64,000 nt of DNA. Origin: Callorhinchus milii. Taxonomy: Eukaryota. The notes beneath the pieces were generated by a model. That model was not told the origin of the DNA. It saw only the letters and a list, made by a program, of their open reading frames with translations, and made no database searches. The stretch lies in the NCBI RefSeq assembly GCF_018977255.1, contig NW_024704742.1, positions 73,534,001 to 73,598,000 of the forward strand. Direction: 5' to 3'. This document shows, piece after piece, positions 13,185 to 27,110 of this stretch (its first letter is position 1; every line of letters begins with the position of its first letter). Both the position numbers and the translations under genes were made by a program.

Positions 13185-13740
13185 TACAATAGAATACAAC
13201 TGTATATTTATATGTCATCTTTCACTTCGGGAGGGCATCAGAGTACTTGCTGAGCGCCCGAGCTGGGATTGGGAACTGATCGGAGTGGGTAGGGGAAAAA
13301 AGCAGTGTCAAACAGGATGGAGCTCCTAAGTCGGGGCAGAAAGGCTGAAAGCCTGACTGGAGGGTTAGGACAGCGGACATGAAGCATGCTCACTGAATGA
13401 AGGGAGCGGCCAGGTCGATGAGGTTTGAGGAGGTCATAGAGGTAGAGGTGAGGTGAAACAATAGAAGAATTTAAAGGTGAGAACAAGCTTGTGAAGCGAA
13501 GAGTTGGGGAGTCTGAAGAGCAGAATATTGACATAATCAAGCCTGACTGTGATAATTGCATGGATTAGGGTCTTGGTGGCCTGAGGGCAGAGGAGGTGGT
13601 GGAGGTGGAGGATGTTACAGAGGTGGGGAAAAGCTGAGCAGTTCATGGCACGGATGTGGGGTTTAAAGGACAGTTGAGAGTCAAAACAAAACACCAAGAT
13701 TCTTCACTGGCTCCATGAGGCAGAGTGTGATCCATTCAAT
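13185..13740 (-). mobile_element. Degraded L2 3' fragment
   Basis: FDSQLSFKPHI...RLDYVNILL on the minus strand, plus an L2 tail at about 13190-13260. Confidence 0.8.
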
Positions 13741-14044
13741 TGGGTTGCCATTGATTAAGAACTGTTTAAAAGGTTACTTTTGCCAGCACATCAAAGGCTT
13801 CAGGCTTATGATTGACCTACCTGCATCTATGACATGATCAAGTCAGTCTTTGATGTCTAAAAATACATTAAACAGTATTCTGTTGAATTAATATTCCTGT
13901 CAGCATGTGGAGAATCGGGCAGTGCCAGGCCAGCTAGACTTCTCTGAGGTGCCACATTTTTATTTCCTGTTTCTGCTGGAGTGTGTGGTGCTGTTTAAAT
14001 AAGGTTAGGTGTGCTTGTTCATAATATAAGAATCCTTGCATTTG

Positions 14045-14290
14045 TAAAACAACAACAGCAACCAACTTGTATAGTGCCTTTCACATCGGGAGGATGTTCC
14101 AATGCACTGGGCTGCGATTTTGATCCGAGCAAGGGGTTGCGATCAGGAGGGGTGGAGGGCAGGGACTGTGGGGGTAGGAATGTGACCGAAGGCACGGTCG
14201 GAGAAGGGTCTTGAGATTGGCTTTGAAGGAGGCAAGGGTCTGTGGGATGGAATTCTATAGATTGGGGGCTCAAAGGCTGAAGGTGATTGT
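14045..14290 (-). mobile_element. L2 3' end fragment
   Basis: L2 tail (caacaacagcaaccaacttgtatagtgcctttcacatcgggagg) and 3' UTR on the minus strand. Confidence 0.75.
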
Positions 14291-15624
14291 ATTTGCATAC
14301 ATGGTGAGTGAAAATATTCTTGGGGGTGGAGTGGGGGCTGAGCCATGTTTCCTACATTGAGGAGGCTGCATTATTCTTATGCTGTGTATGATCTCTGCCA
14401 TCAATTAGTGAACCAAACACGGGAAAATCTCCATACATATGTGGAACTCTCAGTTTGGATATTCTTAAGCACAGCGATAGGTTTCTGCATGAGTCAAACA
14501 CCTAGCTGACCAAAAAATAGTGAACTAGGCTTAATTTCCAATTGAATGGAATTTTGTTATTATTTCCCAGCAAACTATACCCTGTGTTTCATCAAAATGT
14601 GCTCCAATGTGTTTTTATTTAATTATTCCACAGATTGCTATAGCAATTTAATTGAAGTAAATAAGACACCAACGGCAACTTTCTGTAATAATTCAGCCAC
14701 AAGTACTGGTGCTGACTGAAGTTTAGTAATCTTAACAGATTGCCATAGAGGAATTAAGCATTCATTTAGTGTACAAATTGCAACCAGGAACTAACAAGAA
14801 AACAGACCCCTGTGAAGTTATTTAGTACTGGCCTTTTTAAAAAAAAATTAATCACTGAAAACTAATTTATAAGGCTCAGTATGAATTTAAAATACATCAA
14901 TTTTATGGGGTGTTTTAACCATGTGATGTGTTAAGCCACATATCTAGCAATAAATTGTAGTTGTGTTTTGAATAGACTCACAATATTCTGACTGCACACA
15001 AACTGCGGCAGGCTATCACTGGACTTGAGAATCAGGTTTACTAAAATCTGTCTCAAAAATAGCTAACAATTAACAGTTCATACCAAGTTCATTATACAAT
15101 GAGTTTAATCCAACTACATTATTCTCATTTAAATCTTTTACCTCTTTAAAGGGAAACTTTACAATTTGAAATGTGTGCCTCATCCACGTGTTTGTGAACA
15201 TGTGATGTGGTGATATAAATCGTATTAGAGTATGCATCCATCACTTCATAGAATGTCGGTATGTTGTAAATCACACATGACTCTGTCACTAAAATAAATA
15301 AAATAAGAGCCGCAAAACATCTCATCATGAAGCTAATAAATGGAATCTTGTTGTTGTAATACCCGTTTAACATTGGACTTTTCCATGTACCTGTTTATCA
15401 AAATCTTTTGAATATGTCAGTCTCTTGTCACTACAGTATTAAGTCTATTTTTATTATGTATATCCTCAATATCAAACATTTTTAGCTGCAGCTGCCTAAT
15501 TGGGAAGTTATTCGTGTCTTATTTGTGGGGATGGTGGGAGCGAGGGGAAAGCATTGACTATCACCGTTTTTTGGGAGATCAATTCCAGGAAATAAATATT
15601 GCAAGTGAGTCTTGCAAATAAATA

Positions 15625-16022
15625 TTCAAGGCCCTCCACGGTCTTGCTACCCCCTACCTCTCCGACCTCATAATCCTTTATCAGCCTGTCCGCTCCCTCC
15701 GCTTGGTGGACACCAGTCTGCTTCAGGTCCCCTGCACTTCCCGCCCCACAATTGGCGGATGGGCGTTCAGCATCTCTGCCCCCACACTCTGGACCTCTAT
15801 CCCACAATCCCACCACCTCATTCCACCTCTTGCCTCTTTCACACCCCGTCTGAAGACCTTTCTCTCTGACCATGCCTTCGGCCACCCTGTCACCCCTACC
15901 CCCCTGCCCTCCTCCTCTTCTGACCTCAACTCCCAGCTCGGGTCCTAAACCCCTGATTGTCCAGCGCCCTGGGACTTCTTTCCAATGTGAAGGGCGCTAT
16001 ACAAGTTTAATTTGTTGTTGTC
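15625..16022 (+). mobile_element. L2 3' fragment
   Basis: RPTIGGWAFSISAPTLW...LKTFL followed by the L2 tail. Confidence 0.85.
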
Positions 16023-16231
16023 TTGTGGCTGTGACAGAACAAATGTTGTAAGCGAATCTCGTGGCTATGATTTAAAATATGAAAACAGTCAAAAACAAAC
16101 AAAATGGAAACAATGTTATCAACTCAGTTTGAGAGAGGGAGAAGCCACTCTACAGGAGGACTCATTATCACCAAAATAAATTCATCTATATCAAGCCCCC
16201 ACTGTATCCAAACAGCGCATTCAAACACCAA

Positions 16232-16632
16232 TGATCAGATGGTGTATTTCGCGGAAGGACAGACCAGCTGCTGGATGCAGGGAGTCATTCCACTCAGCAA
16301 GCCAAGGCATTAATAGTCCCTAGCTGGACAAGCAGCAGGAAAGCTTGCCAGATAGTGATATCAATGACAAACTATGCGGTTTTAACTGGTTAGACTCCAA
16401 CAGTTACCCCAATGCACACTCTGGAGTCCCCAAGCCTTGGCTCTTGTCAACCTATGCCGAATACTTTCCGGAATTAGGTAAGCAGAATGCATCCCTCCAG
16501 GGAGAGAGTGCGCATTCCATTCCAACAATCTATCTCTGGGATTTCCTTGTGTAGGTGGGATGCATGGAAATCTCAGCTTGGTTTGGATAATGGCGATGGG
16601 TTTCCACATGTGTCAGACTCCCGGCTGACTGA
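16232..16632 (+). repeat. Family X copy
   Basis: Shares agctggacaagc, gactccaacag and ccctccagggagagagtgcgcattccattcc blocks with 57236-57655. Confidence 0.8.
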
Positions 16633-17637
16633 AGCAAAACACTGAACAATTGTAAGCCCCACTGTATTCAAATAATTATCAAAATCCTGAACAATTGTAA
16701 ATCCTGAAGTTATCCGAACAATTGTAAATTATGTTGTAGTGATAAACAGTGCCAGTGATAACACCGCATACAATACTAATAATCCATTGAACATTTGAAG
16801 TCTCAATATTAACCTCCAGATTTCATCATCACTAATAGACAGAGTTATCATGCACAGTTTTGTGGCTATAGTGAAATTTTCACACACCAATAATGGGAAA
16901 TCCTATTAGAAGTGTGGAACCTAAAATTAATCAGATAACATTTGCATCCCTTCTAATATGCTTGTAACATTTGTATCTCTTGCACAACATCTCTGTTATT
17001 ACTTTCACATTGCAATCTGAGGAAAAGCAAAAGGGTACATTCAGGCATGCATACACGTACACGTATGTGGACAGTGAATCAAAAAAAAGACTACCCCCAT
17101 ACAAAAGGATGTGTCACATGCCACAGATTAATTATTTGGGATTTTTACACTAATTAGAGAGGTAATTATAGTTCTGTAAAGTGATTTGGAGGGAATCTCA
17201 GTGACTCAACTTGCTGTGTTTATTTCTGCTATTGGCCTTCCTTGGTACCTTCAGAAAGATTACACTGTGATTGGTTACGGCACTAGCCCCTACACATTCA
17301 GCAAATGACACGTACAGTTTTCCATAAGACTGTCAGGTTCATTATTTAAATCATAGAAATGACACCCAAGGAGCCATCATTCAGTCCACTGAGCCAAAGT
17401 TAGTACTGGCTCATCCACTACTCGAATCCCATTTCCATGCGCGTACTCATTCTTTCTCATTAAATGTTTATCCAACAGCCCCTGAAGTCTCCCTGCGCCC
17501 AAATAAATAAACTCATTTACAGGTCTGTAAGGACTATTCTATTACCGATGTTTGCTTGATAGTCACTATTGGAGAAACAACAACAATAAAATTACATTTA
17601 TGTAGCACATTTCATGTCAGAAGGATGTGTCGTGGAC

Positions 17638-17940
17638 GTGGAGTCCTGTAGCTCAGTGGTTAGAGCACTCGCTTTGCAAGCTAGAGACCTGAGTTCAATT
17701 CCAGGTAGGGCGAAACCTTGGGCAAGTTTCCTTACTCCACACGCCTTATAATAATCCCTCCAAAACCCAAAACAATAATACATTGGTCATTTTTAATCTA
17801 CGACTGTTTGTGGGACATTGCTGTGCGCAATTGGCTGCCGCGTTCGCCCACAAATATACAGTCAATTCACTTTACAGTGTGTTCTGTGAAGCGCTTTGGG
17901 ACGTCCTCCTGACGTGATACGAGGATTATTATTATTATTA
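17638..17940 (+). mobile_element. Young chimeric SINE, short form
   Basis: Full head gtggagtcctgtagctcagtggttagagc; small deletion in the tail. Confidence 0.9.
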
Positions 17941-18444
17941 TATATCGAAATGCAGTTGAGCTACAATTGAGCTGTGTCAATTTTTTTTCAGACCAAGAAT
18001 CCCCCCAAATTAAAATTGGTCATTCATTTCATGGGTGTTTGTGGCACATTGCTGTGCATAAATTAGCTGATGCATTCACCTACCAAACACATAGATTACA
18101 GTTTATCTTGTGAAACACTTTGGGACGTCCTCCAGACTTCCAAGGTGCTATACCAAATGTAAGGATTATGATTATTGTTATTGTTGCTTTTAACCAGTTC
18201 ATTTCTTTGACTAGTTTCGTATAATTTAGGAATTTACATGCAGACATGCCTGACTGTGACCCATACAATTCCTCTGTGCTAGCCATTTTACAATACTATT
18301 GTGAGAGTTCAAATCTCTCGTTGAACTCTGTCTGAAGCACCAATAGTGATTTAAAAAAAAGTGTTTGATGTTTTAAAAAAGGTGTATCTCATGCAATATT
18401 TGAAAATTAAAGCATATGATTATTATTATGAATGCAAATACAAC

Positions 18445-18540
18445 ACCTAAAACAACAGAAGTCGCTGGGATCACTCAGCAGGTCAGGCAGCATCAATGAA
18501 AAAAGGAAAATGAGTCAGCATTTCGGGTCCATGACCCTGA
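18445..18540 (-). mobile_element. Decayed copy of the same Penelope-like short element
   Basis: acagaagtcgctgggatcactcagcaggtcaggcagcatc matches the other copies; the CTGANGA box is missing. Confidence 0.65.
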
Positions 18541-20206
18541 ACTACCTTAGGGACATCCCATAAATAGCAATGGGATGGTGCAATTCCTTTTTGGGTGAAT
18601 TTGGATGAGGAATGAATAATGTTCGGGACACTGGGAGAACTGCCTGCTCTTTACATAGTAACCTCGGATTTTTAATTTCCATCTGAACCACCTGAACTGG
18701 CAAATAAAATAAAAATATTAATAGTACTTATTTGGTAAAGCACCTTTCACGCCAGGAAGATGTCCCAAAGCACACAATATATTGTAAAGTGGAATGGCTG
18801 TGTGTTTTGTGGGCAAATGCAGCAGTTAATTTGCACGTAGCAATGTCCCACATACAGCCATGAAGTGAATGATCAATTTTATTTTAGGAGGAATGCTGAC
18901 CAGGACAACAGGAAAAACTCCCTTCTCAGTTTAACATCTCACAGCCGAAGGATAGCACCTCCAACAATGCAACATGCTGTATTGGAGTTGTCAGCCTACA
19001 CCATATCATTTTTGTATGTCGAAAGGAAGAAATTGAAAAATGCCAATGCTTGCTGAGTGCCAGACTGTGACCCATACAATTCCTCTGTGCTGTCCATTTT
19101 ACAATTTACAATACTATACTATACAATAACAATACAATAACATACATTAGAGAGTGGAAAAACAGAAAGAAAATTTAAAAAGAGGCCAATTCAAAGAATT
19201 TTTTTTCTTTGAATTGGTCCTTTTTGCTTTTTCCTCTGTTCTATCTGACAATTGGCACCTGAATCAAAGTGGCGTTCCTCTGTGCTGCACTGGGATGTAA
19301 TGCTAGGTTATAAACTAAATTCTCCTGCAAATATCAAACCAGCAACATTCTGCCCCAGAGGCAACATTGTTACCAACTGAACCAAAGCGACATCAATGCC
19401 CTTTTGAATGTTGAATGCCCAAATTTGCATGCGAATTCTAAATGTGGCCTTATTAATGCATTCTGCATGGCTAAAATAACCTGTTTTGACTTGTAATTTA
19501 AATGTCCCTTAGATACACCCCAATGCTTAATTAGCATTATTACTAACAGTTTCACTGCAGTTCAAGAAATAGCATGGTGCTGTAAATGGGAAGGGTTTAA
19601 TATCCTGGAAGGTTGAATGAGTTGAAGCACTTTTCATATCCAAACCGTTCTGATCTTGATCTCAATGAATGCTCAATTAGCACTCTTGAAACTCTAGCAA
19701 TTTATTGTTAAAGATCCCAATTGTGTACTTACCCATATTTTATCTAGTTGTGTTTTATTCTGTGTGAACTTATGCCAATGATTACTGAGTGCGTGGCTGT
19801 GATCTGTACAATTCCTCTGCGCTGTGTAACCATTTTACAATACTATATAACAATACAATAATATACATTACTATAACAATATATAACACAATTTGCAAAC
19901 ACAATTTACATTTATATGGAGCCTTTCAGGAAGATGTCTCAAAATGCTTAACAATGCTGGATTGGCCCCCAAGCTAGGGGTGGTATCCAAGGAGACAAAT
20001 GACCAAAAGTATAGTCGAACAGGTATGTCTTGAGACAGGGCTTGAAAGAAGGGAAGGAGGAGGAGAGTTGGGAAGTATGATCTGTGGCGGGAATTCAACT
20101 CCAAATTTATATACCACAGGTTAACAGGATTTTAATATAAATTGCATTCCAATGTTGTTTGGGACTCTATTAATTATACCCCTCCCTCCCCCCTACTACC
20201 TTTTTC

Positions 20207-20455
20207 TTCAGCTCCTGCTAACCCTGCAAGCCAAAGCATTAAAAGGTTAAACCTTAAACTTATGTAAGGTTAAACCTTACATTAAGCCTAGCTGGACAAG
20301 CAAGGAAAACTTTCCAGACTGTCCTTTCAATGGCAAGCTATGCGGTTTTAGCTGATTAAACTCCACACTCTGCAACCACAAGCCTTGACTCTTGCTATCA
20401 TATGCCTAATAATTCTGGAATTGGGTATGCAGAGTGCACCTTCCATTCCAGAGAC
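20207..20455 (+). repeat. Family X copy (partial)
   Basis: cagctcctgctaaccctgcaagccaaagc...ttccattccag. Confidence 0.7.
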
Positions 20456-21839
20456 ATTTCCGTTGATATGAACATATGCGTCACATTATCTTATTCTCAG
20501 CTTTTTCTAAAATAAGATAATGACATATTTTATAAGGTGTTTTTGTGTCACTAACAGCTTATAAATGGAATAGATTTACAGCTTGAAGGTGTAAAACACT
20601 TCAGGTGGTAACACTGCTGCTGAAAGAAAAATATGTTTAGCTATCTGATGGCTTGTCCTTGTCTCACATGTCGAACCACAGAAGCAAATGATAGATCTGA
20701 ACATTGATAAAATTCCTTTAACTGGATTATGCTCTTTTTAGACTGAAACTTAATCAAAAAGGTCTGCAGTTATGTTGTTAGATCGTATTACAATTCAGAA
20801 AAACAAAAAACAGTGGAAAAATATTAACAACACAACAATAACTTGCATTTATATAGAGCCCTTCATGCCAGGTAGCGTCCCAGAGTGCTTGGAAAGGTGA
20901 AGAATCTAATGTAGAAGGTAGAAAGGTAGAAACCAACAAATCAAACCTGTTGTGATTAGTGAAAAAATTATCTTTAAAAATTATTCATTTTAGATGTTGC
21001 TTTCTTTTGGTTAGGTGGGTGTCTGACACAAAACACAACTGGGCAACAATCCCCCAAATAAAGTTGGTCACTCACTTCATTAGCTGTTTGTGGGCATTGT
21101 TGTGCGCAAATTGGCTGCTCCATTTGCCTATGAATATACAGTCACTACACTTTATAGTAAAATCCTGTGAAGTACTTTGAGGCTGCTCAACAACATTATA
21201 AGACACTATATCAAATGCAAGGATTATTATTATTATCAGTAACAGATTATATGGCTGAGGTCGGTAAATTTACTCACCTCCCACAAGGGCCCAGTGTTTA
21301 AACCATAACCATATATTGGACTTCAACTATGCAGCTTTATTGACTTCATGATAAGATAAATTATTTTGTATCTAAGATCCCAATTGACATGGTATTAATT
21401 ACTCTATAACTGGTATTTTTTTGCGAGTCATTTAATTTTGCTATATTTATATTTCAGGTTTTGCTTGAAATTAAATGGTCCATGAAAAATTAAAAAAAAC
21501 TTCTCTTTGATATGGTAGAATAGACAAGTGCAATTCGTAATGGTTGCATGAAATATAGGGCTGCAAGCCAAGAGTTGTACCCGTTAGATGAATAAAAGAG
21601 GATGTCAAAATAAAAGGGTATACAGTATTCCACAGAATGCCATCAGAGAGCAGATTTATGGACCAGAAGAGCAATTTCCTCTCCAATAAAGAGAATCAGA
21701 CTCTTTAGCCAAGAGGTACAAACATCAAATGCATATCACATCTAACACTCACGTGTGCATACTGGTAGATATTCTCCGTTCTCCACTGTGCTTACTTCAT
21801 AGTATCCATTCACCTCGGAAAGTAAGAACATAGGAACAG

Positions 21840-22065
21840 ATGCACTAGTAATAATTTTTCCAAATTCTTTGGATTTAGGAATTATACCTGTGGATTGGAA
21901 AATTGCAAATGGCACATCATTATTGAGGGAGGGATGGAGGGAGGGAGAAATCCAACACCTACAAGCCAGTATGTTTAACATCAGTGGTAGGAAAAATATT
22001 GAAATCCATCATCAGAGACAAGATAACTGACCATTAAAACACATATGAGCCGATCAGCATGAATC
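21840..22065 (+). mobile_element. CR1 reverse transcriptase fragment
   Basis: IPVDWKIAN...LTSVVGKILKSII...QH motifs with frameshifts. Confidence 0.7.
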
Positions 22066-22239
22066 AGCATGTTTTCTGTACAGACTAGGCGTGATGTGTT
22101 TGGTCATTTCTCTCTCCCCTCTCCGTCTACTCGGTGTCCACACCACTGTAAAGGGCTCCAAGATATTATTCTAAAGAGGGTGCTAATTAACTGCAAGTTA
22201 TTGTTGTATACAAACCATGTAACGAGAAAATCTGGAACT

Positions 22240-22590
22240 CCCAAACTAAACCCTGAGAGCACCACGTTTGCCAATCAGGGAATTCTAGTTTATTTCTAGT
22301 TTTTGCCTCCGGCCTCCCAGCCACTTTCCTAACATTATCACAATCTTGCATTCAATTCCTTCTGCCTTAGTTTCGACTATTAATCTCTTATGTGGTACTT
22401 TATCAAATGCCTTCTGAAAATCTATATAAATCCTATCCATTATTCTTCATTTATCTATCGCTTTAATGGTCTCGAAAGGAACTCTGTTCGGTTTGTGAGA
22501 CATGATGTAGCTTTCACAAAACCAAGCTGACGCTCTCTGTGCATAGTTATCCAGATGCTCAGTTACTCTGTCCTGATAATGTATTCCAAT
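22240..22590 (-). mobile_element. CR1 reverse transcriptase fragment
   Basis: Minus strand reads IYIDFQKAFDKVPHKRL. Confidence 0.75.
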
Positions 22591-23299
22591 CATTTGATCG
22601 CAGCAAGAGAATTTTGGTCCTAATGAGAACATATTCAACTGTTTATTTGGGCAGAAGATTTCTCTGGATGGATGAGAGGGATGATGCTTTGTTTCTTATG
22701 TGTGCCTGCCTTACCCCCACCCCTTCAAAGCTATGTTTTGTATTCAGGGGGAATCATCAGACTTTTCCAGTTGGGCAACTACAATAGGAGCCATTGTAAT
22801 AAAGCACCAAATCATGTTATTGACGGAACATGTCCAATAGACAATTGCAGAGATAAATCAGCACAGGTCATGTGTAGCCTGATAGGGGAGATGGATGTTT
22901 TGTGATGCTCAGTTAATTATAAAGCACAAGGTTACACAATTTATTCAAATCCATACTCCATATTGTCATGTGTTGACTCCCAGGTATCTAACTCATTGTT
23001 ACAAGGTTATTAGTGAGTAATTCAAAACTATTAAAATATTGCATCATACGTTTGCATGAATTAATATGGTGATAAATCTAAAAATGACCAAGGATAGTGT
23101 AGAGGATAAATGACTCCCTGGTGAGAACTGAAGCCATACAGCAGCTAATGGATGAGGAGTTTGCCAATTACACAATGGAATATGGCACAGGAGGAAGACA
23201 GTAGTTCAACCATATGACAGACAGAAAAGCTCTTAAAAAGATACAATTGTGACCATTGGACTCTTTGAGGTAAAGCATAATGTGCAAAAGAAGGAATAA

Positions 23300-23725
23300 A
23301 ATAATAATAACAATCCTTGCATTTGATATACCACTTTTTATGTTGGGAGGATGTCTCAAAGCTGTTCCCTGTGATATACTGTAAAGTGTGAGTATTTTGT
23401 AGGTGAACTAGAAGCCAATTAATGCACAGATATGTCCCACGAACAGCCATTAAGTGAATGACCAATTTAATTTGATGGATCGTTGGCCAGGACACCAGGA
23501 AAACCTTCCTTGTGCCAGGAGATCCCTAACATCCACCTGAACAGGTAGGCAGGATCGTAATTTAATGTCTCATCTGAAGGCTGGCACCTCCAACAATACA
23601 ACACACCCTCAACAATGCATTGTAGTGTCAAGAAAAGCTCAGTGAGTTCCAAGTCCAGGAATGGAGCTTGAACCCACAACCTTCTAACTCAAGGTGAGAG
23701 TGCTACCAACTGAACTAGACTGACA
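23300..23725 (-). mobile_element. Older Deu-domain SINE
   Basis: Homologous to 40238-40650 over its full length. Confidence 0.8.
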
Positions 23726-23849
23726 AGGTGAAAATCAAAATCCCTGAGAAGGCTTATGTGTGAAGATCAACCATTATCTTTAAATACTGATTTCAAAATT
23801 TATCACAATCTAATTGGCATCTCTGAGGGTGAATGTTTACAAACAGAGG

Positions 23850-24240
23850 AAAACAGGAGCATGAGGAAGCCACTCAACCTGTCAAGCCTGTCGTGCCAAA
23901 TTTATCGGTTCTTTTTAGATCTTTTAATCCCAATGCCCTGGCCTTTAACCATCCTACTTTGTACCTCAACAGCCCGAATATTCTATCAACAATTCCTTTA
24001 AACCATCTATTGATTCCTTCTTTACTTCTTTCTGGGGCAAAGCTTTGCACATCTTCACAAACCTTTGTGTGAAGAAATACTACTCAGCTCTAATTGTCTT
24101 GGTTCTGATTTTAAGGTTATGTCCCCTTGTAATGGTTCCTCCTACAAGAGGGAAGAGTTGTCCACAATCCAACCTGTCAATTTCTTTCAATATTTTAAAT
24201 ACCTCACTCAAATCACCCCTTAAAGTCTTCTGTTCTAAGT
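23850..24240 (-). mobile_element. Degraded CR1 3' fragment
   Basis: Similar to the CR1 3' end at 44090-44750. Confidence 0.6.
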
Positions 24241-24794
24241 CACAAGTCAATAATAGTCTTATTGGCTAAGCCTAGGTGGAATTTCATGCTAAGGTTTTAT
24301 AATGGACTAGTTGGACCCAGAATATTGTTGCCATTTTTGACATCATATTACAAAGAGAACATAAAATGAATTAGAAAAGCACAAAAAAGTAACAAGACTA
24401 GTGTGAGAGGTGACCTATGAAAACCAATAAGAGCTTAAGTTTTATAGTTATGACACAGTTTTGAGGATAACTAAACAAATGTACAATTAATTCTTATTAG
24501 TTATAATAATCTTTACATAAAATATATTGCTAGATGATCACATTACCCGAAGTCATCGTGACATTATTATTGGGGTTGGATGGATGCCAAAAGTATCAAA
24601 GCAATTTGATACAATTTAAATTGTTTGGCAATCAAATGGAAGATACTTTCAGTAACCACAAATAGCTTCAGCAACAATAAGGGTTGCGACATGAGTCACC
24701 GATTGCAGCACTTCATCCCTATTAGTTAGTCAAGGAATGCCAAGTTATAAATAACAGTTCCACTAATGGCTGTAAATGTACCTTTATAATATGT

Positions 24795-25380
24795 GTTTTG
24801 TTCCACTCTCAACTGTCTTTTAAACCCCACATCCATGTTCTGATCCGTTCAACTTTCCACCACCTCCTCAACATTGTCTGTCTCCTTCACTATCTTTATC
24901 CTCGGGCTGCCAAGATCCTTATCATGTATTCATCATGTCCAGCTAGACTACGCCAAGTCTAGACTCCCAACTCTTCCCTCACAAGCTGCAGACCATCAAG
25001 AACTCTGCAGCAGGGTCCATGAACTATCACCCCCATCCTCACCTGGCTCCACTGACACCCTATCCCCCAGAGGATTGAGGACCCGCCTGCTCCCTCTTCT
25101 TGTTCCCTTGCCTTGCCTGCCCACCATCAGGCAGTTGGGCTTTGAACCTTTCTGTCCCTACTCTCAGAATTCCCTGTGCCTCTGCACTTCCCTCACCTTA
25201 TTCAAGGTCTGTCTCAAGACCATCCTCTTTGATCAAGCCTTCAGTCTTCTTTCCACCCCACCCTCTTGACCCCAATCCTTCCTGAATCCAACACCTAGCT
25301 CGGATGCAAACCCTCAACTTCCCAGCCCCTTGAGATGTCCTCTGAATGTGATAGGTGCTATATAAATGCAATTTGTTGTG
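24795..25380 (+). mobile_element. Degraded L2 3' fragment
   Basis: Similar to 9740-10470, with deletions; L2 tail at about 25320-25380. Confidence 0.75.
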
Positions 25381-25634
25381 ATTTAAGCACCAACAAGGCT
25401 CCTTCATTTGCTTCCAGAGTTCCTTTCCAGTGTTCATGAGCAATGTCATTTGTCATTCTCTTAGGTTCTTCCAGAGATATTATAAGATCACAAGAGAAAA
25501 CCTTCAGTCTATGGGGTCTCATTCATCTAGAATACATACCCTACTATCCTCCATCACATAAAGATGGGGAATAGAAAGAAAGGAGGGGAGAGAGAGAGAG
25601 AGGACAGTGACAAAACAAGATTGTGAGAATGCAC

Positions 25635-25635
25635 A

Positions 25636-25672
<37 letters not shown>
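25635..25672. repeat. Compound microsatellite (TG)n(GA)n in a purine-rich tract
   Basis: Read directly from the sequence. Confidence 0.95.
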
Positions 25673-25959
25673 GGGAAGGAGAGAAGAGAAATGAAGAGAG
25701 AAAGGAGGAGTGTGTGAGGATACAGGGAAGAGAGATTTAACAACCAGAATTTCAAAGCTATTCTAAATTTGAAATAATAATAATGTGATCACTAAATCCA
25801 CGACTGTTTGTGGGACACTGCTGTGCAATTGGCTGCTTCTGCATTTCATCCACAAAACACACAGTCACTACACTTTACAATATATCCTGTGAAGTGCTTT
25901 GAGACTTCTCAAAGACAGTGATAAGGTTCTATATCAAATAGAAGTATTATTAGTATTAT

Positions 25960-27110
25960 TATCTAGCCATTTTTAAATGAGTTCAACATGCTGTCCTCAA
26001 ACCATCCTGCCTGGCAACCTGTTCAAGTCATCGATTAGCCTCTAAAGAGAATCTTCCTATTATATGTCCTGAAATTGCCCATTGTAACTCTAGACCTACA
26101 TCCGCTTGTTCTTCTGTTGAAAGTATTGTTCTGGGTATTCTTTTACTTTCACAATGCCATTCAGAATCTAATATAACTATTCAGAGCTCATTTCTCCAAT
26201 ACTGGTCATCATCTCTAGAGGTTGTTCTCTCTAGAGGTTTGTTGCATCTAGGGCTTGAGCAACCTCCTTATACCACAGCAACTATGCAGTATTCTATGTG
26301 CAGCTTGACTAGAGCACTGCGGAGCTCAAGGATGTCTTCTGGGGATCTGAAGTCAACTGATTTAGCAATATAGTCTAGCATCGTTTACTGCTGACTCATA
26401 CTGTTTAGCATAGATCCCTGGATCCTTTTCGGTTTACACCCTAGATTTTTTTCAGCTTGCCCCTTGGCAATTTCTGTCACATCCATGGAGTTCATGTGTT
26501 TATTATTATTACCTCCTATATGTAGTACCTTGCATCCCAAAAGGTAATGCTTGATCTTCATTTGCCAGTTATCAGTTCATGTGCATATCTATCAAGCTCT
26601 CTTTGTATGACTTTTATTGCCTCCTCTGATTCTACTTTTCCCTTTAATTTGGCATCATCTTCTAATTTAACTACCTGACATTTGTTCTGCAGATCCAGGT
26701 CATTATTATATTCAATGAGCAGGAGGGAATCCAGCAAATCTCTAAGGCAACCCACTTGATAGCTTTCTCCTTATCATGCTTGTTCTAATAATCACCCTCT
26801 GCTTCCTTCCCTTCAGGCAATTTTGAATCCCAGTCCATGTCTTGCCCTTGATACAAAATCAGTTTGTGAACAAATCTTTCATATGGTACTTTGCCAAACA
26901 CATTTTTTAAAGTCTAGATACCTCCTTAATCTCTTTTTATCTCTTTCTGTACATTCTTGTATTCAGCCAATTGGTCACCTCCACCTTTCTCTACATAAGC
27001 TTTATAAATCTTCCTTTTTTAATCTTTTGATTTTCCTGTTGATCCATTGGAGTCTTTTTGATTATTCAGCCCTGCTGCACTAGGGTACCTGCTTGCTCTG
27101 TTTTTGAAAT
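25960..27110 (-). mobile_element. CR1-clade LINE fragment
   Basis: KLEDDAKLKGKVESEE (YADD-equivalent block) on the minus strand; homologous to 27230-28030. Confidence 0.75.

Noticed and set aside
17638..17712. tRNA-Ala(TGC)-like sequence
   Set aside because: This is the SINE head. There is no proper acceptor stem and it always continues into the SINE body.
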